64,000 nucleotides of DNA from Kondoa subrosea (Eukaryota). The notes below the pieces were generated by a model. That model did not search any database. It had not been told where the DNA came from and was given only the letters and a program-made list of their open reading frames with translations. A program made the position numbers and the translations under genes. Below, piece by piece: positions 52,688 to 64,000 of the stretch; within the stretch, counting starts at the first letter, position 1; every line of letters begins with the position of its first letter. Location: the NCBI GenBank assembly GCA_039545335.1, contig BCIN01000002.1, forward strand, positions 757,118-821,117, written 5' to 3'.

Positions 52688-53440
52688 GTTATGCGAATTG
52701 CAAAGGAAAGTTTTGTTTCCTTATTCTCTTCCTTATCTTATTAGCCCTCTCGAAAGCCAATACGCTTTTCCCAGTTCTCGTGCGCATATGCATCGCTTTC
52801 CTATTCTTACCGACCCTGAACCTACTTTGTCAAATCACTCCAGATTTCTGCCAACAAATCAATCTCGCTTCCGTTTTTCTTGCTAGTTCTTGTTTCCTCA
52901 ATTGATTAGTTGAAGTTGTTTCCAGTCGAGGATAAAGTGCATTATGTGTGGTTTGGGTCAGATAAGCATCTACTGTAAGTTTCACTCTATCGAGAAAAGG
53001 TGTGTCTTGAGCAACTGTTGTAGAATTGACGTTTAATGGCATTCCAGTAAAAGTTTCGATAATCTTTATTGGCTGTATTGATGCAGAAGACGGAGAAGTA
53101 GGAGAAGAAGGTGAAGATAATGCTAATCGTTGACGACCATCTTCGAGAAGGAAATAACTTGGATATTCCCGATTGTCTTTGCCAGGTCTTACGGAAATAT
53201 CTTTTGCTGGAATTGCACTTCAAATGCGACTTCTCTTTGCTGCTTAGAGGATGATCGTCTGATGTCTTCCGGATTTTTCAAGCTATTGTTATTCCTCTGA
53301 TGAGCAGAGAAGATAATCGAGGACCAGCGTGCAACGCTTGTTTCCCAGACTTTCAACCAACTTCAGAAGAACCGCAAGATTGTCATTCTGGTTCAGATTC
53401 TGGATATCCCCCTGTTCTAATAAACTCAGCTCTCTTATTC
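52688..53440 (-). pseudogene. Possible decayed intronless ORF
   Basis: About 125 stop-free codons at 52833-53217. The same frame continues on both sides through isolated stops. No family recognised. Confidence 0.3.
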
Positions 53441-53560
53441 ACCTGGCGCCTGGCTCAAAAGAGAGATAACAGAGCAATTTTACTGTTATGCACACGCGAT
53501 CGCGTTTCTAGACTCCTCCGTTTGCTTCTATCTTCAGCATCTTCTTATTTCGTTATGCAG

Positions 53561-53590
53561 CTCTCTCTCTCTCTCTCTCTCGCTCTCTCT
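53561..53590 (+). repeat. (CT)n microsatellite
   Basis: ctctctctctctctctctctcgctctctct. Confidence 0.9.
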
Positions 53591-53633
53591 ATTTGCCATT
53601 GTTTTATCCTCGTACCTCAAATAATAACAACGG

Positions 53634-54225
53634 ATGGACTCGAATCCAAAGTAAGTCGACGACTGTTTAACACACTAACGCCTGACTAAGCGTGCCTTTC
53701 CAGTGCTTCTGGCAAGTGGATCATTATTCCATTAAACTCGATTAACAGACTGCTCCAGTCATCAACATTGCTCACCCCGCAAACCGCTTAATCGATACCT
53801 CTATCCTAATCGAGGCGCCAATAGAGAAAGTCCGCTCTGTTCTCTTCGACCTCTCTTCTTATGCAACATGGTCACAAGTGATAAGAGCGGTCGAACCCAC
53901 AGACCATAAGACTGGTCCACTATGTGCTGGTCGACAATATCTGATCCATATGGAGAAACCTGGACAATTCAAAGCAGCTCTCAAACACGCAGATGAAAAC
54001 GGTTTCTCTTGGACTGGCGGTATACCTCTTGGTCTCTTCCACGGTCGACACTTCTTCCTACTCTCATCTGTTTCCGCCGATCAAACGAAATTTACTCAGC
54101 GAGAGGAGTTCTCTGGCCCGCTCTTTTCGCTAGTGATGAATTGGGTTCTGGATGGAGTAGATGGGGTTACTGCACGGTTTGATAGATTCAACGCGGAGTT
54201 GAAGGCCAAAGCGGAGCAAGCTTGA
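53634..54225 (+). CDS. SRPBCC/START-like (polyketide cyclase/dehydrase family) ligand-binding protein
   Basis: IDTSILIEAPIEKVRSVLFDLSSYATW..FSWTG..LFHGRHFF..TKFTQREEFSG..FNAELKAKAE. Includes an 8-nt micro-exon at 53704-53711. Confidence 0.85.
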
Positions 54226-54589
54226 GGGTGAAATTCGGAATTGATCTTTGCGTGCGGCTCAATGTGTAGTATGAGTAAGAGCAGTGCGACATAGTACTTG
54301 CGAGTAACCCTTACTTTGCGTCGCCAAGTCAAATTCAACTCCAAACCTCTCTCCTTCTGAACAGTCACTTCTTAAGATCAAGGCCAAGGTAAGGCTCATG
54401 CCCAGTCCTTCCTCTTGTCTCAACAACGCTGTGCTGGCATGTGTGATGCCGTGTTCACGCTCGAGTTGCTCGCATTACAAGCTTCGGAATTTCGACCTAT
54501 TCTATGCTATAGCAAGCTCAATCCGCAGCTTCTATACCTATGTATTCGCTACAGTGACTCATTAGCTGCTTGTGTGCTGCTGTGTCTAG

Positions 54590-55371
54590 ATGTCAAAAGA
54601 AGAAATGAATGAATTAGACGCTATGCTCTCGAAATCCGTAGTCAAAGATGGAGCAGAAGACTCTGGTTCCGATACCGAAAACATCGCTACAGGAGGAGCC
54701 GGTGGAGGAAACATTAAAGTCATTGACACTCAATCTCGAGGTGAAAAGAAAGCTAGGAAAGCTTTATCCAAATTAGGTCTTGTTCCTGTACCCAACATCA
54801 ATCGAGTTACCTTCAGAAGACCTAAAGGTGTTTTGGTCGTCATTGCTAAACCTGAAGTCTTCAAATCACCAGACAGCAATACTTACATTGTTTTCGGTGA
54901 AGCTAAAGTTGAAGATATCAATTCCAATGGAATGGGTGGTTTGGGTAATGGTGGAATGACTCCTCAGCAACAACAGCAATACAGAGTCATGCAACAAGCT
55001 CAAGAACAATCCGCAATGGCAAAAGCTGGAAAGGGCAAAGCTAGCCAAGCGGAAGAAGAAGAGGAAGGTGATGTGGATGAATCAGACGTCAACAAAGAGG
55101 AGATTGAGTTGGTCATGAAGCAGGTAAGAGCATTTGATTGAGTACTTTGCAGTGATCATACTGATTTCGCGGTTTTCAGGCTGACTGCACAAGGGGGAAA
55201 GCGGTGCGGATGCTGAAGAAACATGGAGACGTCAGTGAGTGAACTAAGCGCTCTGTTGTGAACACAACTCAGTGTGTCGGACCATCTCATAGTCAGCGCG
55301 ATCAGTCAGTCAATATTAAGTGAAAATGCGGATCTTGCTGACGTTAGGTGATAGTGGAAGCACAATCATAA
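54590..55371 (+). CDS. EGD2: Nascent polypeptide-associated complex alpha subunit
   Basis: [48 protein letters not shown]-like [26 protein letters not shown]. Confidence 0.95.
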
Positions 55372-55770
55372 GCAATCAAAGGCAAAGAGTCGGCGCAAAG
55401 AGTCAATGAGTAAGTGCTGTTCTGTACAACTTGTGCCCAGACTCAATATGCAAGCTCAGGCTGTCCGAAAGATTGGTTCAGCAATGTTGTACCTTGTAGC
55501 AGGCAAATGCAAAGAAATCCAAACGCTGACACGTCCTGTGACTTCACTCGATGATACCGGTAGATTGAGGCAAGCTGGACAATTCGGAAAGAGAGAGGTA
55601 TCTCTTACTATGCTTCCTTCGAGTCCGATTGGCCTAGACAAGGCTTCAACTGGTACGAAAGAGCATGAACTATATTAATCTAAAATACGATATACTATAC
55701 ACAAAACATATGAGATGCGAGAAACCTTCCGATCGTTTCAATCCATGCCGAGGTGAATCTCGGAAAGGCC

Positions 55771-56766
55771 TTATGACATGCCACAGCAGGAGTTCTGTCA
55801 GATTCGGAAAAGATCAGCTCCCAGCTAGCTGGATCTTCATCGTGTCTGACCTGTTGTTTGCTCTGTGGATTGCAACATCTTAATGAGCAACGCGAAGTTG
55901 CACAGGTGATATTGAACGCACCGTCTTATAGAATGCCTTTGAGCTATAACTCAATTGATTGCTCTTCTCCACAAGAGAATCCAGCTATAGTCGGTCATAC
56001 TGAGAAACAATTACTCGACTGCTTGCATTCTTTATCTGACCTTCTCTCCCCTCTGTAGGATATTCTCTATAGTCTTTCCCAACTCTACTTTGGTCTCATC
56101 CAATTCTTGCTGTACTTTCATAATGGTGTCCGCTTGTTTCGGATCTTGGTATTTGACCAAATATTGAGCCAAAGGAGGGAAATCAACTGATGGAGGTGGT
56201 TTAGTAAGCGAACCAGATCTCAAACCGTCAGCTGCTGGACCCCAAGTTGTTCTAGGTACAGTTGTAGTGTATTCATCTAGGATCTTGTTTAAGAGTGAGA
56301 AAGCAACTCGATAGGGGTACTATTCCCTTTCTTAGTATGAATAGCGCGGAAAGATTAGATGAGCGAGGCGCACATCTTTGTCAGTGATGATTACACCAGT
56401 CAAGGAATCAGGAGCGACGCGAGTGTAAACATAAGCCGTGCTGTCCAAGTCCGAGAGCTAAATCAGCGAGTCATTCCTATGTACTTTGACAAGTGATGAC
56501 TGACTATTCAGCTTCATTGATTGCTTGTCTTTGACCAGCTGTAGTACGTTCTGCTACAGTCTTTGAGAAGAAGTCCAAGAACTCGCCCACTCTGAATATC
56601 AAAAGTAAGCTTCTTTGCCTGCATTCACAGTACCACTGTGATAATGTGAGAGGTGTTCGACATACGAGCGAGCTTGAAAGAAGTTGAATGAGCTCGTATC
56701 TTTCTGAATCACCAAAGGAACGGCAGGTGTGCCAGCAGCTAAGATTTGGATGGATAGGATCTTCAT
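55771..56766 (-). CDS. YKT6: R-SNARE Ykt6
   Basis: Longin domain (EFLDFFSKTVAERT, EYPYRVAFSLLNKILDEY), YQDPKQADTIMKVQQELDETK..RGEKLD and a C-terminal NSCCGMS* (CCAAX). Confidence 0.96.
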
Positions 56767-56954
56767 AACTGGTCTACAGCATGTGTGAGTGAGTCTGCAG
56801 CTTATGAGGCAGGCGGCACACGTACTGGAAGAACGAGATGGACGTGCGAGTCTGACTTGTGTCATCTGGGTTTCGAGCTCTCTTGTCTCGAGACCGCCGC
56901 TTACCTTGCTGTGATACCCGATAGCATAGCTACTGGAGATCAGTATACCGCGTT

Positions 56955-59390
56955 ATGGCAGCTTGGCTCTTCTCTGGCGCGGGCTCACAATCCACTGACG
57001 CCTCATCATCTGGCAGCAGTTCGCAACCTGTTCCCTCTTCATTCGATGATCTCCTCAACTCTGCTACCTCTGAGCTCTTACCTACTCCTAATATTTCCAA
57101 AGAAGAATCTGCTCTAGATCCAGAATTGCTCGAGAAAGGTCTCTCGCTCTCAGACTTGGTTAGGTCGGGTGCCTACAAACCTTCAGAAGCAGTCAAGCAA
57201 TTCAGGAAACGGATAGGGCACAAGAACCCTAATGTCATACTACGCTCGTTGTTATGCTTGGATGTAGCCATCAAGAATTCGGGCGATGCCTTCTTGAAGG
57301 AGGTTGCTGGTTTAAACAGCTCTGCTTCTACTTCTGGTACAAAGAGTATTGTAGATGATCTGGCTGATCTTATACGAATGGTATTGTTCCTCATCTGTTT
57401 CGGGGATGAACCCATCGCTGATGTATCACTGCCAGAGCACCAATCATGATGTCAAATCTACAACGCTTCGGCTTATGCAGAACTGGGCAACAGCATTTCA
57501 ATCCAAGCCACCTCTTTCAATCTCTGAAATGGTACTTACCTACACCCGCTTGAGATCAGAAGGTCAACCTTTTCCACCTATCTCTTCATCAGCGACAGCA
57601 GCGATGATTGATTCGATGTCTGCACCGACTTGGACCGATAACAGTGAATCACCACTATGTTCTCGATGTAGGGATCCTTTTGGTGTTTTGAACAGAAGAC
57701 ATCATTGTCGCAATTGTGGTCAACTGTTTGATCAGAAATGTTCTTCCAAATCAGTCACTCTACCTCATTTTGGAATTAACGTACCTGTTCGAGTCTGTGA
57801 TGGATGTTTCAAGAAAGTAGCTGATCGGGGAAACCCAATCTCCAATACTAAACGACGAGCCTCGTTCGAATCTACTTCTTCCTACTCTTCCTCCGCTAGA
57901 ATTCCACAAAGGGGTTCCTCTTTCTCTCATCGTTCAAATCATTACGCCAAATATTCAGCAACCAATAAAGAAGATGAAGATTTACAATTAGCCCTACGAC
58001 TTTCTCTAAACGATTCAACATCTCAACAACAACCTACTACAGCTTATTCTGCACCATCTGAATACGGTCCTTTACGTAATGGTTATCAACCTGCATATCC
58101 AAACCAGAAACCTAGAATAGCAGAAGAAGAAGATCCAGATCTAGCAGCTGCTATTGCCGCTTCTTTAAGGGATTTGGAAACCGCTCCTTCTGCTCCACCT
58201 CCTATGTCACCTTCTCAAGAAGAACAGGATTCTCAATGGACTCAAATTCCACCTATGGCTGAACTCAATGGGAGAGAATTGGATAGCGTTTTGAGCTTTT
58301 GTCAAGGTGTGGAAGGACATTTGGATCCTAGAAGTTTGGAGGGTATGTATAGAGATGCAGATGGATGTAGGAGGACTTTGGTCAGAAGTGTGGGAGATGC
58401 AGGTGGGAGAGAACGTGAGTTTCTAAGCAATTTTTTTTATTGATGATATGCTGATACGATTGAGTAGAGGTGCTTGTTGAGATGAGAGATAAGTTGAGAG
58501 AGGCTATGAGGTTGTATGAAGGTCTATTGGACAGGGAAGCTGCAAGACATCAAGCTCGAGCGTCGGCGCATTATGGTCAGTGGATGCTTCGTCGAAACAT
58601 ATATTTGTCTGAGACGAATTTCACCTTGACAGGTCGAGCTCCGCAACAACAGTACTACGAACAGCAACCGCCTTATGGTTACCATCAGCCGCAAAGGCAA
58701 ACTGCAGCGCAGTATCAACCTGAACCTCAACAACCGCAATTTGCTTCTGCTTATCCATCTATGCCTTCTTATTCATCCGCACCTCCGCAAGCTATGTACA
58801 TATCTCCGCCTCAGCAGCAACAGCAGCAATATCGATCACCTTCGAGGCAATATGATCCAGTTCAGCCTCAACCGTATCAACCTCAATTTGGCCAGGCTTC
58901 TCCGCAACAGCAAGCCTACGAATCAGCTCCTCCTTCGCATAGCTACCCCCAGCAAGGGGCACATGAGTCGGCACCTCAGATGGAACAACAATTTTCAGCC
59001 CCTATACATCAACAGCATATTCAAGAGCAATATCATCAACCACAACAGAATCTCAATCCGAATGCACCGTCATATGAACCCGACCAAATACATCAGCAGC
59101 CAGAATTAAATCCACATGCTACGCCTTATCAACCCGAATTGAATCCACATGCACCTGTTTATCAACCTCAAATGGACCCTCAAGTTGTACCTCATCAACC
59201 GCAACAACAACAGCAGCACTACGCGCCGCCTCAAGCACAGCAATATCAAAATGTAGCAGTTCAGCAATTAGCAAACTTGCCTCAAGCTCCGCAAGCCGCA
59301 CCTCCTCAGTTCCCTGCAGTGCCAGATCATGATATTGGTACTCCGCAAAAGGAGGAGAAGAAGGAAGAAGCGATGCTGATTGAGTTCTGA
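56955..59390 (+). CDS. VPS27: ESCRT-0 subunit Vps27/Hrs (VHS-FYVE-UIM-UIM, Q/P-rich tail, clathrin box)
   Basis: VHS (RIGHKNPNV..L.D..KNSG), FYVE (RRHHCRNCG..VRVCDGC), UIMs EDEDLQLALRLSL and DPDLAAAIAASL, C-terminal LIEF. Confidence 0.95.
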
Positions 59391-59482
59391 GGACAATTGC
59401 ATCGTACCGTCACAGACGCATTATTCGTAGTGGCAATGAAATATGCATTTGCATCACACGCATCTAGGACAGGTCTACTCTT

Positions 59483-60955
59483 CTAGATGTTCGTAAACCA
59501 TGCTACATCAAGCAATTCTCCTTTCTTGATCATTATTCGTTGTTCCGTGACATTGAGCTTGAATCCAGCTATCCTTCAGATCAGCTTGAAACTCAATTCC
59601 GGAAGAACGTGTTTAACCTTCAGGCTCGCTTGTATTCCACTCGAATTGGCAGTGCATACACCTGTGCACCGAAATTTGGACACGGTGGATGAATTTGAAG
59701 GGGAAACTCACCTGAGATGATGACTTAAATTCCATGTGACTTGATACTCGGATGAGTCAGCAGAGCCTTAAAGAGAGCCTCGCCGATCTTGCTACGCTTC
59801 AAGGCAGGAACGGTGTGAGCTGAGATGTAACCGATGCTGTGACAAAATGAGGGAGGCATCGAGAACACCCTGTGAAAGCTTACTGGCCGAAACATTGCTC
59901 GGGGGAAGCCCAAGGGGTGATGGACATGTAAGCCAGCGATTCACCATCTTCTTCCGCGACGAGGATTGGATATCCGGCTGCGAAACAGAGCTCCATCCAC
60001 CTCCGTCGCTCGTCCTTTGATTTGGGTGTGTAGAACTCTAGCAGCTTAGAACAGTAGATTTCCGTGTTTACAGCATAGGTGATAGACTAAGAGCGTTGCT
60101 ATGCAAGATTGCATCATTGTATATGTCTGTCACTGCACCTCTGCTCGGTCATTGCTCTAGATGGATGGTGCAGCAGACTCACGGAAGTCCAGATGCTTCC
60201 AGGTCGCATCTACTAGTCTGAAACCTGGTCCATTCAGCATGACGTTGCCCCTTGTGGGCGTCAAGCACACATCCTCTTCTTCTTCTGACCAGCCTCGACC
60301 TTGAACAGGCGGCGCGCATCCCAGAAAGTACCCAAAGTGTTGCACGGAGCAGAAATGTCCATTCTTTTGCGCTATCCCGCTCAAAGAACCTTGATCATGC
60401 AGCCCGAGATGATGAAAGAAGCTTTTAGCCACCGCATTGATCGAGAGGACAGTCACTGCGCAAGTTTTAGCTCAGCTCGTATTCAGGACGAGGTATCAAT
60501 TACCTCCGATTGTATGTATCTGGTTTTCGCTTGCATCCGCTAGATCGCAGATGGCATGCCAAAGCTGCGTTCCGAGTCCTCTTAGACGATGATCGATCCC
60601 CACGATGATGTTTAGGGAGGCAGAGAACATGTAGCATTCTCTACATCGGGGTCAGATAAAACTCCAGTTGAGTGCAAGACTAGGACCGACTCTTCTCTTG
60701 GACGCAGAGAAGCAAAGCCCACTATTTGCTCATCTGCGCAACATACGAGGCAAGAGTAGGCAGCCGCGTATTGGGCTTGATGATGGTCCAGTGATTGCTC
60801 GACATCGTACTCGGATAGTCCTTCGAGGACTATCGCGATGTTTAGCTCACCTTGTGCAGACTTATAACCGCATGACGCGCAAACTCACCAAATGCGTTAC
60901 GAAGGGCAGCTATGCCTTCCACGTCTTCACTTGACGCTTTGCGAACGCAATACAT
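59483..60955 (-). pseudogene. Tandem two-domain GNAT acetyltransferase (PAT/YncA-like) with a nonsense codon in domain 2
   Basis: Domain 1: MYCVRKASSEDVEGIAALRN..QIVGFASL..HRLRGLGTQL..N..AKSFFHHLG. Domain 2: AVTDIYNDAI..YPILVAEEDG..KIGEAL..HGI*VIISGV...N...AGF..KKGELLDV. TAA at 59725-59727. Confidence 0.7.
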
Positions 60956-61459
60956 TGATGAGAAAGACCAACGAATATATGGAATGACAAGAAGGAGAAC
61001 ACGACGGATGTGCTGCATGGCAAAGCTACGCAGAGCTATGCAGTGTAGCAGATTCGAATGGAAAAGTCGTGGAATCCAAATGTAAGGCAACAGTGCTAAA
61101 TCGCGCATCACTATTGATATGCACATAGAAACATCGCAAAAGCAAAGGATAGAAGTATACAGGTCGAGCATCACTTTCTATGCTATACGACAGTACTCGG
61201 CACTATCTTGAAGCTGCATAGGTCCCGTGATTACAGCTGAGCGCGAAGAACGACAGTATAATCAGACAGAAGGAGGCCGCCTGGAACAATACCACGCGAC
61301 AAGCAGAAGGTTCACAGCGAGAGGAATAGAATAAGGTAATAGAGACAGGACACCGCTTACAGAAGAGGATGGGTTTACAGCGCCCGCGCTCACGAGTCAT
61401 GCCTTGACAATTCTTGCTGTGAAGCACCACTTCCTGATACCATTCTGCGCGCACAAGAC

Positions 61460-63919
<2,460 letters not shown>

Positions 63920-64000
63920 TTGAGAGAAATGCAAAACATTCAATTTTTTGCTGCTGAAAGTCCGAAAACAACGATAAGACACTCTAATTGAGCTATATAC

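Noticed and set aside
52830..52832. In-frame TGA read as selenocysteine
   Set aside because: There is no redox motif and no recognisable SECIS, other stop types occur in the same frame, and Dikarya are not known to use Sec.
47076..59727. TAA/TAG reassigned to a sense codon, suggested by in-frame stops in ISY1 and the GNAT
   Set aside because: TAA ends YKT6 right after its CCAAX box and also ends GLT1 and ProRS. A 949-codon GLT1 stretch has no such codons.
59483..59913. HIT-family hydrolase
   Set aside because: There is no HxHxH motif, and the exons fit a GNAT domain.
61203..61454. Small Cys-rich ORF divergent from ProRS
   Set aside because: No consistent spliced model or family; it is more likely the GNAT 5' leader or promoter.

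Overview
This is a compact, intron-rich fungal nuclear genome segment, most likely a basidiomycete (Pucciniomycotina is a guess). Introns are mostly about 50 nt, often with relaxed donors, some GC-AG, and there are micro-exons. About 33 multi-exon genes can be rebuilt by hand. Housekeeping genes include GLT1, RAD1/Rec1, type II NADH dehydrogenase, PRI2, RRN11-like, a PUF protein, EGD2, YKT6, VPS27 and ProRS. Accessory genes include a tandem-GFA protein, an O-fucosyltransferase-like protein, MYND and RBR zinc-finger proteins, a 2OG-Fe dioxygenase/NCS1 permease pair, a tandem GNAT and several orphans. I recognised no tRNA, rRNA, CRISPR array or clear transposon. Highlights: (1) Vps27 carries three PAM2-like motifs, a possible ESCRT-0 link to MLLE-domain mRNP proteins. 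(2) An ACT-less, motif-altered prephenate dehydratase, absent from the ORF track, starts 32 nt from the divergent PRI2 ATG. (3) An F-box gene is fused in frame to a decaying ISY1 3' half, inside an orphan-rich island with a head-to-head pair, one member possibly HNH-like. (4) A GATA-rich divergent dioxygenase/nucleobase-permease module. (5) Several accessory genes carry disabling lesions. All exon boundaries are manual inferences.
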